Assembly (NCBI GenBank): GCA_036499585.1
Contig: DASYDM010000004.1
Coordinates: 264,361-328,360, forward strand
Length of the DNA: 64,000 bases
Direction of reading: 5' to 3'
Source: Steroidobacteraceae bacterium
GTDB lineage: Bacteria > Pseudomonadota > Gammaproteobacteria > Steroidobacterales > Steroidobacteraceae
The translations under genes were made by a program, and so were the position numbers. This document shows positions 1 through 9,950 of the stretch, in pieces. Below the pieces are notes generated by a model. The model did no database searches, was not told the DNA's origin, and saw only the letters and a list, made by a program, of their open reading frames with translations. Positions within the stretch are counted from its first letter, which is position 1. Every line of letters starts with the position of its first letter.

Positions 1-2440
1 CGGTCGTCGAAGTCTTCTTCGCCGGGATCGCGACGGAGTTCTGCGTCGCGCGGACAGTTGCCGAGCGATGCGGCAGCACCTGCCACGCCAGGTGAATGTT
101 GTCGGTGGAGTCGGAGATCGTTACGTAACCGTCGTACTCCGCAGTCTGCAACAACGATCCTGTTCCTCCGTCCGCACCGCCGTTCAGAATCCAGACGGGG
201 AGCCGACGGGCATCGATTGTGACGCATGCGGGGAAGACCGCGCTGCTGCGCGCACCGACGATGATGAACGGCGGGAGGATAAACGAAACGGCTCTGCTGG
301 CCGCATCGTCCGCATATCTGAACTCGTTCTTTACCCGGTAGATCCGCGGCGAGCGCGAATAGTTCTTGACGCGAATGGGCCTGCACTGCAGATCCAGGTT
401 GTCCACCGCGTGATAGCCGAACGACAAGCTTCCCGTGTTGCGGTCGTCGTCCCAGGCCGCTGTTTGGCTGGCGATGGCTTCATCCACGCGAACTTCACCG
501 CCGCCGATGCGAGTGATCGGAGCCAACACACCGGGGAGAGTGGCCGGGTTGGTGTAGATCTGAGTATCGGCAGTATTCATCAACATCGACTTGATCTCGC
601 CCGGCGAGCGATTCGGGTACGCCTGCAGGAGCAGGGCGGCCGAACCCGAGATCATCGGAGCGGCGCCCGAGGTGCCGCTGAACGCCGCTTCCCCGGTTCC
701 GCTGCCTGCTACGGCCGACACGGAAGCACCCGGAGCCGCGATGTCAGGCTTGATGCGGTTGAAACTGACATCCGGCCCGCGCGAGGAGGTGCTCGATATG
801 CTGCCGACGAGTGGGATTGCGTTGGAGTTCGAGATCGTGGCGGTGACGCCCGACGCGCCCTGCATTGCCTGCGAAACGGCGAGTGTTACAGCTAGTGCGC
901 CCTTGCAGGTTCCGTCCGGCGGCGTGGGGCACTGGCCTCCATTCGAAAACGTTACCGCGTCGCCCGCTGCGCTCAGACCGACGATGATGCCGATTGCGCC
1001 TGCGTCGCTGAGTGCGCGTACCTTCTCACTCACGTTACAGTCGCCGCGAGTCACCAACGCGATCTTCCCCGCCGGGTTAGCAGCATACGTATCGCCCAAG
1101 CTCAACGTGCAGCCGCGTCCAACAAAGACGACAGGTCCGCTGATCGGTTCCGTGATCGGCGCCCAGTCGATCGTCGCAGTGTTGCCGTACGACCCGGCGA
1201 TCGATGCCGGCGTGTTGATGACGAGCGGGATGGTCTGAGCGCTCGGTACGACCGTTTCTGCCACGCTGATCACTTCCGGGGTCGAGCCCGGGGAGCCTGT
1301 TACATACGGTTTGTCGCCGTCGTTTCCGGATGCGGCAACCACCACGATGCCCGCATGGACGGCATTCGCCGACGCGTAGCTCAGATCGTCCTGGATCTGA
1401 CCGTAGGGCTTGCCGAGGGACAGGCTGATGATGTCGACCGCATCGTCCATCGAGCCGTTCTGGTTCGGATCGAGCGCGCGTTCGAGGCCTTCGAGGAGCG
1501 CGACGCCGTTGCACTCAACTGTGACGGAGCTGCAGACCTTGTACGCGTACAGCTTGACCCCGGGGGCGACACCGACGTGCGTTCCGTCTTTGCTGCGGCC
1601 TCCAAGAATATCGCTCACGTGGGTGCCGTGACCCTGAATGTCGATCGGGTTGGGATCGGGAGTCAGCACATCGTTGGGGGTGCCGTCGCCCCTCCAGGCA
1701 TCGCCCACGAAGTCATATCCGCCGACGACCTTGGAGGTTGGGAAATATCGGTTCAAACGTGCCGCGTTCGCGTAGTCAGGCGCCGATCCGGCCGCGGCCT
1801 GGTAGGCCGCCGCGGTACCGGGGCCGCCGAGATCCTTGTGGGTGTAGTCGATACCTGAATCGAGCACCGCGACACGGACGCCGGTGCCATCGATGCCCTC
1901 GTGTTGTACCGCGCTGGCGCCGATGTAGGGATTGGTATCCGAGTCGCGTACCTGGTACTGCCCTAACGGCCGGATCGTGGCGACCTCCGGGTCGCTGGCA
2001 ATGCTCTGTACCCTCGAGGCATCGATTCGAACGATGACGGCGTTGTATACGACACGCACGCGCCCCATCTCTTTGCCGCCCAGCGCGAGGATCTTGCGCA
2101 TCAGGCCGTCCTGATGAGACTGAACGTCCTGCGTGAACGCAACCTGCTGGGCGTGAGAGAACCGTCCGCCGCTGTGTTTGGCGTCCTGACCATTGGCCAG
2201 CGCGAGTGGCAGGCCGGTGAGTTGCACCACCACATCGACCTGGCCGGTGACTGCGGTCAACGTGGCTGAGACCTTCGAGGCCCCCGCCCGGAACGGGACC
2301 TGGCGCAGCGGGGACGCACTGTCCGAGATGACCGCTGTGCTGGCCGATGCGGCGAAGCTGGTCGAAGTGACAAAGCCGGGAAGTGCGAGCGCTGCGCCGA
2401 GCAGTACCGAGCCCGCGCGAAGGGGTACCTTGCGAACCAT
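1..2440 (-). CDS. Secreted subtilisin-like (S8) serine protease with PA-like insert; 3' end runs off the window
   Basis: Not in the ORF track because it has no stop inside the window. Translating the reverse complement from the ATG at 2438-2440 (GGAGA SD just upstream) gives a signal peptide MVRKVPLRAGSVLLGAALALPGFV. Subtilase triad motifs follow: VAVLDSGID (Asp), HGTHVS (His), GTSGAAPMISG (Ser). A PA-like segment KIALVTRGDCNVSEKV is present. The frame stays open to position 1, and no other minus-strand track ORF shares this frame. Confidence 0.85.
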   Translation of the reverse strand, partial: MVRKVPLRAGSVLLGAALALPGFVTSTSFAASASTAVISDSASPLRQVPFRAGASKVSATLTAVTGQVDVVVQLTGLPLALANGQDAKHSGGRFSHAQQVAFTQDVQSHQDGLMRKILALGGKEMGRVRVVYNAVIVRIDASRVQSIASDPEVATIRPLGQYQVRDSDTNPYIGASAVQHEGIDGTGVRVAVLDSGIDYTHKDLGGPGTAAAYQAAAGSAPDYANAARLNRYFPTSKVVGGYDFVGDAWRGDGTPNDVLTPDPNPIDIQGHGTHVSDILGGRSKDGTHVGVAPGVKLYAYKVCSSVTVECNGVALLEGLERALDPNQNGSMDDAVDIISLSLGKPYGQIQDDLSYASANAVHAGIVVVAASGNDGDKPYVTGSPGSTPEVISVAETVVPSAQTIPLVINTPASIAGSYGNTATIDWAPITEPISGPVVFVGRGCTLSLGDTYAANPAGKIALVTRGDCNVSEKVRALSDAGAIGIIVGLSAAGDAVTFSNGGQCPTPPDGTCKGALAVTLAVSQAMQGASGVTATISNSNAIPLVGSISSTSSRGPDVSFNRIKPDIAAPGASVSAVAGSGTGEAAFSGTSGAAPMISGSAALLLQAYPNRSPGEIKSMLMNTADTQIYTNPATLPGVLAPITRIGGGEVRVDEAIASQTAAWDDDRNTGSLSFGYHAVDNLDLQCRPIRVKNYSRSPRIYRVKNEFRYADDAASRAVSFILPPFIIVGARSSAVFPACVTIDARRLPVWILNGGADGGTGSLLQTAEYDGYVTISDSTDNIHLAWQVLPHRSATVRATQNSVAIPAKKTSTT

Positions 2441-2596
2441 TGACCTGTCTCCCCGAATTATTTTTTGCGGTCAGCGCGCCGGAACGTACCCCGGGGGCCA
2501 TGACAATTCAATGCTCGAAGATTGCGCGAGTGCCGCGCATTGCGCCGTGGGCGACGATCGTCGCGGCCTACCCGCGCGTTCTATGCCGCCAGTGGT

Positions 2597-5371
2597 CTAC
2601 TTCGTCCCTCGAACACGGCCCGCGCCGTTCTTTGCCGCTCCGGCAGGCTTCCGCGAGGCAGGCTTCGCCGATGACTTCCTGGCCGCGGCCGGCCGGGTCG
2701 AAGCACCGTTGTCGCTCGCCGCCTTGTGACCTTTGGTCGTTCGGGCGGGCGCCTTGTCGCGAGGGCTCGCCGTTGCGGGCGCCTTCGCGGCAGCCGATTT
2801 TGCGGTCTTCACGGGCTTATCGGCCTTCTCGGGCTTGGCCTGTGCGGATACTGCAGCGCCCTTCTTGCGCGCGCCCTTGCCTGATGCACCGTCTCCGGAC
2901 GGTGTCTCGGCAGCTACGTCCTTGCCATTGCCTGCGGCAGCTTGCTTGCCGCCCGCTTTCTTTCCACGCCCGAATCGGCCGAATCGACCGGTGCCACGCT
3001 CGGGCGCTTGCTCGATGAGCGTGCGGCATTCCGGGAGCGTCAGCGTCTTGGGGTCCCGGTCCTTCGGAATCTTCGCGTTCTTCTTGCCGTCGGTAACGTA
3101 CGGTCCGTAGCGACCGTTCAACACTTGAATGCCGTCGCCGTCGGTGCCGAAGTCAGTGATGATCCGGTTGGCGTCAGCCTCTTTCTTCAAACGAATCACC
3201 TCGAGCGCGCGCTCGTGAGTGATCGTGTAGGGATCGTCTTCCTTCAGCGAAACGTACTTGGCTCCGTACTTCACGTACGGACCGAAACGACCTACGTTGG
3301 TCGTAATCGTTTCGCCTTCTGCCGTGACGCCGAGCGTGCGAGGGAGTTTGAACAGCTCCATCGCCTGCTCGAGCGTGAGCGAATCCATTTTCTGACCGGG
3401 GCGCAGTCCTGCGAACCGAGGCTTCTCTTCGTCATCCTTCGTGCCGATCTGCACGAACGGACCGTACTGACCCATGCGGACCGTGATCGGTTTGCCGGTC
3501 GCAGCATCCTTGCCGAGCTCGCGCGCCTGAGCAACCTGCTCACGCGACACATTCTTCTCGATCAGCTCGACCTGCTTGATGAACGGCGTCCAGAACTTGC
3601 CAAGCGGCGTGGTCCAGTCCTCTTCGCCGCGCGAGACCGCGTCGAGCTCATCTTCCATGTCCGCCGTGAATCCATACTCGACGTAACGGGTGAAATGGTC
3701 GGTGAGAAAGCGGTTCACGATCTTGCCGATATCGGTCGGCACGAAGCGCCGGTTGTCCATCTCGCAATACTCGCGATCCTGCAGAGTCGAGATGATGGTC
3801 GCGTAGGTCGAGGGCCGGCCGATACCGTGCTCTTCCAACGCCTTCACCAGCGAAGCTTCGGAGAAACGGGGCGGCGGCTCCGTGAAGTGCTGTTCCCCCT
3901 TCAGAGATAGCAGCGTCACCAGGTCGCCCTCATTCATCGCCGGCAGGATGTGGTCTGTGTCATCCAACTTGGAGTCGTCGGTGCCTTCCTGATAGACCGA
4001 GATGTAACCGGGTTTGATCAGGGTCGAGCCGTTGGCCCGCAACACGTGGCGCTTGGGACCGTCGGGACCCGCAAGCATGTCGACGGCAACCGTGTCGAAT
4101 ACTGCGTGGCTCATCTGCGATGCGACAGCGCGCTTCCAGATGAGTGAGTAGAGACGATACAGGTCGTCTTCGACTTTGCCCTTCAGATCGTCCGGATTGA
4201 TCGACGCCGAAGTCGGGCGTATGGCTTCGTGGGCTTCCTGCGCGTTCTTCGATTTCGTCTTGTAGACGCGCGGCTCTTCCGCGACCTCGTCCTTGCCGTA
4301 CAGGCGCGCCGCGACTTCCCGAATCTCCTTCACCGCCTCATCGGCAAGTGAGACGGAGTCGGTACGCATGTAGGTGATGAGGCCGACGCTGCCTTCGCCG
4401 ATGTCGAGGCCTTCATACAACTGCTGCGCGAGACGCATGGTGCGCCGCGCATTGAAGTTCAGCTTGCGGGCCGCTTCCTGTTGGAGGGTCGATGTCGTAA
4501 AGGGAGGCGCCGGATTGCGGCGGCGCTGCTTCCGGTCAATGGACACGACCCGGAGCAGCCCGAGCGCAGGGCTCCCGTCGGGCGCGGATGATGTGTCGCC
4601 AACACCCGTATTGTCCGCCGTCGCACGCGCGGCGGCACTGATTGTCCTCTCGACCTCCCGGGCCTGGGGCTCGGCGGTGAACGTGAACTGCTCGACTTTC
4701 TCGCCGCCGTACTCGGTGAGCTTGAGCGGGAAGAATGACGGCGTCGCATCGCGGCTGCGCTTGTCCATTCCAGCGCCGTCGATCGTCCAGTATTCCCGCG
4801 GTACGAACGCGACGATCTCCGCCTCGCGCTCGCAGATCATCCGCAGCGCCGGGCTCTGGACTCTGCCCGCCGACAGTCCCCGACGGACCTTCTTCCACAG
4901 CAACGGCGACAGGTTGAATCCGACCAGGTAATCCAGCGCGCGCCGCGCCTGCTGTGCATTCACCAGATCCAGCGACAGATCGCGCGGCTGGGCGACGGCC
5001 TCGCGGATCGCGTTTCGCGTAATTTCGTAGAACACCACGCGCTGAACGGTCTTGCCGTCCAGATCCCCGCGCGACTTCAGTATTTCCTTCAGGTGCCAGG
5101 CGATGGCCTCGCCTTCGCGGTCCGGGTCGGTCGCCAGCAGGAGGGCTTTGGATTTGCGCAGCGTCTTGGAGATCGCCTCCACGTGCCGCTCGTTCTTCTC
5201 GAGCACGCGGTACTGCATGGCGAATCCATGATCCGGGTCGACTGCGCCTTCCTTCGGCACCAGGTCCCGAACGTGCCCGTAGGAGGCCAGCACTTCGAAA
5301 TCCTTACCCAGATACTTCTTGATCGTCTTCGCCTTTGCGGGCGATTCGACGATGACGAGGTTGTCTGCCAT
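2597..5371 (-). CDS. topA: DNA topoisomerase I (type IA) with ~124-aa Lys/Ala/Pro-rich C-terminal tail
   Basis: 924-aa ORF. N-terminus is MADNLVIVESPAKAKTIKKYLG (TOPRIM), with the active-site region ITYMRTDS and repeated C-terminal GRFGPYV modules. The topA-smg-dprA synteny is canonical. Confidence 0.95.
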   Translation of the reverse strand: MADNLVIVESPAKAKTIKKYLGKDFEVLASYGHVRDLVPKEGAVDPDHGFAMQYRVLEKNERHVEAISKTLRKSKALLLATDPDREGEAIAWHLKEILKSRGDLDGKTVQRVVFYEITRNAIREAVAQPRDLSLDLVNAQQARRALDYLVGFNLSPLLWKKVRRGLSAGRVQSPALRMICEREAEIVAFVPREYWTIDGAGMDKRSRDATPSFFPLKLTEYGGEKVEQFTFTAEPQAREVERTISAAARATADNTGVGDTSSAPDGSPALGLLRVVSIDRKQRRRNPAPPFTTSTLQQEAARKLNFNARRTMRLAQQLYEGLDIGEGSVGLITYMRTDSVSLADEAVKEIREVAARLYGKDEVAEEPRVYKTKSKNAQEAHEAIRPTSASINPDDLKGKVEDDLYRLYSLIWKRAVASQMSHAVFDTVAVDMLAGPDGPKRHVLRANGSTLIKPGYISVYQEGTDDSKLDDTDHILPAMNEGDLVTLLSLKGEQHFTEPPPRFSEASLVKALEEHGIGRPSTYATIISTLQDREYCEMDNRRFVPTDIGKIVNRFLTDHFTRYVEYGFTADMEDELDAVSRGEEDWTTPLGKFWTPFIKQVELIEKNVSREQVAQARELGKDAATGKPITVRMGQYGPFVQIGTKDDEEKPRFAGLRPGQKMDSLTLEQAMELFKLPRTLGVTAEGETITTNVGRFGPYVKYGAKYVSLKEDDPYTITHERALEVIRLKKEADANRIITDFGTDGDGIQVLNGRYGPYVTDGKKNAKIPKDRDPKTLTLPECRTLIEQAPERGTGRFGRFGRGKKAGGKQAAAGNGKDVAAETPSGDGASGKGARKKGAAVSAQAKPEKADKPVKTAKSAAAKAPATASPRDKAPARTTKGHKAASDNGASTRPAAARKSSAKPASRKPAGAAKNGAGRVRGTK

Positions 5372-5390
5372 TTCGTGCTGTAGGGTCGCT

Positions 5391-5891
5391 TCAGTGCGGC
5401 GCGCCGGAGCGCGTATCCGACACCAGATCTTCGAGGCGTTGGAACGCGAGTTCCTGTCCGGGCTGACTCGAGAGCACCATGAGCACGACCCACTTCAGCT
5501 GCTCGGTATCGAGTTCGTCGGCATCCAGAGCCATCATCCGATCGATCACGATCTCGCGTTGACGCGGCGACAGAATTCCCAACCGCTCCAACGTGAACAA
5601 GAACCCACGGCACTCGGTCGACAATCGAGCGAGCTCTCCTTCCGAAAACACACGCACCGCCGTGCTCTTGATCTCGGACACGGGAGTGTCACCCGCGATT
5701 TCGGGCGACGTATCCCGCTCACAGGCCAACTCCGCGAGCCAATCCAATGCCCGCTCGACGTTGGCATGAGCAAAGCCCGCCCTTTCGAGATCGCGCGCCA
5801 GATGTTCTCGTTCAGGCACTTCCGGTACCTCATCGAGCATGTAGCGATCGAACACGTAAATCAGGATGTCGAGAACGCTGCCGTGTGTCAT
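5391..5891 (-). CDS. smg: Smg protein (DUF494)
   Basis: 166 aa, MTHGSVLDILIYVFDRYMLDE is a typical Smg N-terminus. It sits between dprA and topA as in many proteobacteria, and the dprA stop abuts its start. Confidence 0.85.
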   Translation of the reverse strand: MTHGSVLDILIYVFDRYMLDEVPEVPEREHLARDLERAGFAHANVERALDWLAELACERDTSPEIAGDTPVSEIKSTAVRVFSEGELARLSTECRGFLFTLERLGILSPRQREIVIDRMMALDADELDTEQLKWVVLMVLSSQPGQELAFQRLEDLVSDTRSGAPH

Positions 5892-6983
5892 TTATATTGC
5901 GCGGCCGTAACGACCGCCAGGATGAGGCGCGACGCGCCCCTCGAGCTCGAGAATCAGCAACATTGACGCGATCCCCTCGCAGGTTTTACCCGTGCGCGCG
6001 GCGATGCTTTCAACGGTTGCGGGTTCTGAGCCGAGGGCATCTAACAGCATTTCATACTCCTTGTCCAATTCGCAGCGGCGCCGGCGGGGCCGCTGCGACT
6101 TCCTAAGTCCTTGGGGATCAAGGGAAATTCCAAACTCCAAGGCGACTTCGGCCGGCCCCTCCACCAGCCGTGCGCCGTCCCGGATCAGTTTGTTGCAGCC
6201 CCTCGCGAGCCGGTTGTGGATCGGACCCGGAATGGCGAAGACACGGCGTCCCTGCTGGGCCGCCAGCCGTGCGGTTATCAGCGAGCCGCTCTCCTCGGCG
6301 GCTTCGACCACGAGCGTTCCCAGGGCCAGTCCGCTGATGATCCGGTTGCGGCGCGGAAAGTTGCTCTTCTGCAGAGGTGTCCGGGGTGGAAATTCGGATA
6401 CCAGCGCGCCTCGCTCCTGGATCTGCCTCGCCAGTGTCGAATTTTGAGTTGGATAGACGTCGTCGAGTCCGGTGCCGCACACCGCTACGGTACGGCCGCC
6501 GGCAAGCAGGGCGCCTTCGTGACCGGCGGCATCGATTCCAACAGCGAGGCCGCTGGTGATCGTGAGCCGCCGGGCCGCGAGCCATGCGGCAAAGGCGAGG
6601 GCGTTGGAGCGTCCCTCCGGAGTTGGGGATCTCGAGCCGACTATCGCCAATTGGACGCTGGAGAGCAGGGCGACGTCGCCGAGAACGAAGAGTACCGCGG
6701 GCGGACTTGCGATCTGTGCCAGCAGCGGCGGATACGTCGCGTCCGTACACAAGAGAATCCGGGCGCCGCTCGAGGCCAACCACTGCAGGTCCTCGGCGAG
6801 CGCGGCGCGGTCCGGCTCTCGCAGGTACGCCTGGGTGGCGGGGGTCAGTCCCGCGCGGGCGATGCGTTCCGGATCGAGGAGGGTGTCGTCTGCTGCAACG
6901 CCGGCCGCCATGAGCGATCGCAGCTGTGCCGGCCCCAGGTGCGGAGCCCTGGACAGGATTGCGCGCGCGGCCGTTGAGTCCAT
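5892..6983 (-). CDS. dprA: DNA processing protein DprA (Smf)
   Basis: Rossmann-like DprA core (IVGSRSPTPEG, GLAVGIDAAGHEGAL, FPRRNRIISGL) and a C-terminal winged-helix region. The track start at 7001 is a TTG; the in-frame ATG at 6983 (MDSTAARAIL) is preferred. Confidence 0.88.
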   Translation of the reverse strand: MDSTAARAILSRAPHLGPAQLRSLMAAGVAADDTLLDPERIARAGLTPATQAYLREPDRAALAEDLQWLASSGARILLCTDATYPPLLAQIASPPAVLFVLGDVALLSSVQLAIVGSRSPTPEGRSNALAFAAWLAARRLTITSGLAVGIDAAGHEGALLAGGRTVAVCGTGLDDVYPTQNSTLARQIQERGALVSEFPPRTPLQKSNFPRRNRIISGLALGTLVVEAAEESGSLITARLAAQQGRRVFAIPGPIHNRLARGCNKLIRDGARLVEGPAEVALEFGISLDPQGLRKSQRPRRRRCELDKEYEMLLDALGSEPATVESIAARTGKTCEGIASMLLILELEGRVAPHPGGRYGRAI

Positions 6984-7050
6984 CGCGCCAACATACGACA
7001 AGGGCGGTTGCTTGCGCAGTCCGCCCTATGTGGAGACTTTAGACTGAAAT

Positions 7051-8301
7051 TCAGGGATTTCTGACGACGTCGCCCGTGTGGATGACCGTCGAGGCGCCGA
7101 CCACCAGCGCGTAGCTCAAGCGGTCGAACGACTTGAAGACGAGGAGGGTGCCGCCGCGCTCATCGGGCAGCTTCACCTTCGGAGCGAACGATGAGCCGAA
7201 GCCGCCGAGCCAATGGCTGTGTCGTTCCGCACTCTGGTAGTCCACCGCGTCCGCACCGGCCTGGTCGACGGCCAGCACGTCACCGGCATCCACGCCCTGG
7301 CGCTTGCCTTTGTTGATGACGACGATCTGCCATTGGCCGATCAGCTGTGTGCCATCGATGACCGCCATGATCTTCCCATGGACGTCGTTCCGCGGCGCGC
7401 GCAGCATGAAGTTCAGCGGCACGTCGGTATCTGTTGCGAGCAGCAGGTCGCCCTGAAGCGTTTCGCGCTCGGTATCCGTCAGGAGGGCTTTGGCCGGGTT
7501 GCCCTCCTTCGAGACCAGCGCGGTGCCGGTATAAATGCCCTCGTAGCCGAGAACCTTGCCGTCGTCGGGGTCACGCAGCTCGTCGCCAACGTGTACCACC
7601 GTGAACCGCTCGTTCTGCACGCCCTTCAGATTGCGAACATAGATCTCGTGACCAGCGCCGCCGACAACGTGCTCTTCGCGGAACGCCAGCACATACGGCA
7701 GCGAACGAATCTGCTCGGCAGTGAGCACGGTCGGCCGTGACAAGAACGCCGAAATCGCCGAGTAAGGGATGGTGGGGATCGCTCCGTCGGCTGCAGTGCT
7801 GCGCAGGCGCGGGCTGATCCGGGCACCGTTGCCCTGCTCCTCGACCAAGCGGACCTGCGGTCGCCCATCGGCGCCAATCGCCAATGCGAGGGTGTCACCG
7901 GGATAAATGAGGTGCGGGTTGTTGACCTGCGGATTCACGTACCAGACCTCGGGCCACAGCCACGGGTCCTTCAGGAACATCGACGCGATACCCCAAAGGG
8001 TGTCGCCCCGCTTCACCACGTAGCTCTTGGGCGCCGTGGGATTGAGAATGCTGCTGTCGACGGCCGGGCCGGACGTCGACTGCGTCGTCGTCTGCGCGGG
8101 GCCTGCCGCAATGGCCGCCTCGGTGGCGGTCAAGTCCGCGGTGTCCGCAGCCGTATCCGGTACCCCTGCACCGGAGGCAACGGGCAACGACGGGGGCGGG
8201 GTATCAGCGTGGCGGGCACCAGAATGGCACCCGGCCAATGACGCGAGCAGCGTCAGCAGACCCACGGTAACCCGGGGCCTTAGGGCTTGAATTGAGACCA
8301 T
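7051..8301 (-). CDS. LysM-domain peptidoglycan-binding lipoprotein
   Basis: LysM motif [38 protein letters not shown]. Lipobox LLASLAGC. The ATG at 8301 has a GAGGAG SD 9 nt upstream. The position divergent from def is conserved. Confidence 0.8.
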   Translation of the reverse strand: MVSIQALRPRVTVGLLTLLASLAGCHSGARHADTPPPSLPVASGAGVPDTAADTADLTATEAAIAAGPAQTTTQSTSGPAVDSSILNPTAPKSYVVKRGDTLWGIASMFLKDPWLWPEVWYVNPQVNNPHLIYPGDTLALAIGADGRPQVRLVEEQGNGARISPRLRSTAADGAIPTIPYSAISAFLSRPTVLTAEQIRSLPYVLAFREEHVVGGAGHEIYVRNLKGVQNERFTVVHVGDELRDPDDGKVLGYEGIYTGTALVSKEGNPAKALLTDTERETLQGDLLLATDTDVPLNFMLRAPRNDVHGKIMAVIDGTQLIGQWQIVVINKGKRQGVDAGDVLAVDQAGADAVDYQSAERHSHWLGGFGSSFAPKVKLPDERGGTLLVFKSFDRLSYALVVGASTVIHTGDVVRNP

Positions 8302-8432
8302 TCCGCACCACTCCTCGAGCACACACAAGCGCGACTATCTTAGTGGTTTATAATCACGGACCGGCGCCTTGGACGAGATTTAATGTCAAGTTTGTGCGCC
8401 AAGTCACGAGTCCATCACCTGGTTTTTTATCC

Positions 8433-8978
8433 ATGAGTCTGCGAACCATCCTCGAATTCCCCGACCCCCGGCTGCGGACCCGCGCCGAGCCGGTGACCCG
8501 TTTCGACCCCGGGCTGGATGAGCTCGTCAACGACATGTTCGAGACCATGTACGCCGCCCCGGGCATCGGACTGGCCGCGACCCAGATCGATGTTGCGCTG
8601 CAACTTCTGGTGATCGACCTCTCGGATGAGAAGAACTCCCCCCTGGTCTTCATCAATCCGGAGATCCTTGCGCGTGAAGGGACCGCCGTGAGCGAGGAGG
8701 GGTGCCTGTCAGTTCCGGGGATCTACGACGACGTCGAGCGTGCGGCCAAGATTCGTGTACGCGCACAGGATCGCAAGGGAGAGGTGTTCGAGCGGGACTA
8801 CGAAGGCACGCTCGCCGTGTGCATCCAGCACGAAATGGATCACATCAACGGCAAGCTGTTCGTCGACTATCTCTCCGACCTCAAGCGCGAGCGGATTCGC
8901 AAGAAGCTCGAGAAGGAGCGCAAGGAGCGCGCAGCTCGCGCCCGCGAGTCCGCGGGCAGCGCTCGCAAAGCCTTCTGA
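8433..8978 (+). CDS. def: Peptide deformylase
   Basis: [15 protein letters not shown] start with motifs [17 protein letters not shown] and [11 protein letters not shown]. The upstream 47 codons of the track ORF look non-coding. Confidence 0.93.
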   Translation: MSLRTILEFPDPRLRTRAEPVTRFDPGLDELVNDMFETMYAAPGIGLAATQIDVALQLLVIDLSDEKNSPLVFINPEILAREGTAVSEEGCLSVPGIYDDVERAAKIRVRAQDRKGEVFERDYEGTLAVCIQHEMDHINGKLFVDYLSDLKRERIRKKLEKERKERAARARESAGSARKAF

Positions 8979-9017
8979 CTGCGCTGATGCAGTCACCGCC
9001 CCCCATCGGCTCCTAGC

Positions 9018-9944
9018 GTGCGTGTTGCCTACGCTGGAACGCCGGAGTTCGCCGTCCCGGCTCTCCAGGCGCTCATCGAATCACGCCACACGGTCGTCGG
9101 TGTCCTGACACAGCCGGACCGCCCCAAGGGGCGCGGTCGCCAACTCGCCTCGAGTCCCGTCAAACGGGCGGCGTTGGCTCATGACCTGCCCCTGGCTCAA
9201 CCCCTGTCCCTCAAAACGGAAGAGGGGCAAGCGGATCTGGTGTCCTGGAAGCCGGATGTGCTGGTCGTCGTCGCATACGGGTTGATCCTTCCCAAAGCCG
9301 TGCTCGACCTGCCTCGCTTCGGCTGCGTCAACATCCATGCTTCGCTGCTGCCTCGCTGGCGCGGCGCTGCGCCCATACAACGCGCAGTTCTGGCGGGCGA
9401 TGCGGCAACGGGTGTCACGATCATGTCGATGGACGAAGGGTTGGATACCGGGCCGATGCTCAGTCAGGTTCCGGTTCCGATCGAGTCTCGCGACACGACC
9501 GCCTCGCTCCACGATCGGTTGTCCGCAATAGGCGCAACGGCGCTGTTGGAATCCCTCGACGCGCTCGAGGCAGCGACTGCGAAACCCCGTCCGCAACCTG
9601 CCGAGGGCGTCACCTACGCGGCGAAGATCGAGAAGAAGGAAGCTGTCATCGACTGGACCGGCAGCGCGGACGAAATCGACCGCAAAATCCGAGCTTTCAT
9701 CCCCACTCCCGTCGCAGAAACGACTTTCAAGGGCGAACAGTTGCGCATCTACGAAGCCTCCATCCTCGACTTCTGCGCCGGCGCCGATCCCGGCACCGTT
9801 GCGGCCGCCACAGCCGCCGGGGTCGTTATTTCCTGCGGGCGCAATGCCCTTTCTTTGCAGCGTGTGCAACGCCCGGGTCGCCAGCCCATTTCGGCAAGGG
9901 ATTTTGCCAACACCCCGGGCCTCCTGGGCTCCCGGTTAGGTTGA
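9018..9944 (+). CDS. fmt: Methionyl-tRNA formyltransferase
   Basis: 308 aa, GTG start, VAYAGTPEFAVPAL..., NIHASLLPRWRGAAPIQRA motif. Follows def. Confidence 0.93.
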   Translation: MRVAYAGTPEFAVPALQALIESRHTVVGVLTQPDRPKGRGRQLASSPVKRAALAHDLPLAQPLSLKTEEGQADLVSWKPDVLVVVAYGLILPKAVLDLPRFGCVNIHASLLPRWRGAAPIQRAVLAGDAATGVTIMSMDEGLDTGPMLSQVPVPIESRDTTASLHDRLSAIGATALLESLDALEAATAKPRPQPAEGVTYAAKIEKKEAVIDWTGSADEIDRKIRAFIPTPVAETTFKGEQLRIYEASILDFCAGADPGTVAAATAAGVVISCGRNALSLQRVQRPGRQPISARDFANTPGLLGSRLG

Positions 9945-9950
9945 TCCGGG

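Noticed and set aside
8349-8354. Perfect TATAAT hexamer in the LysM/def divergent intergenic region
   Set aside because: I found no acceptable -35 at 16-18 nt spacing. A lone hexamer is not enough to call a promoter.
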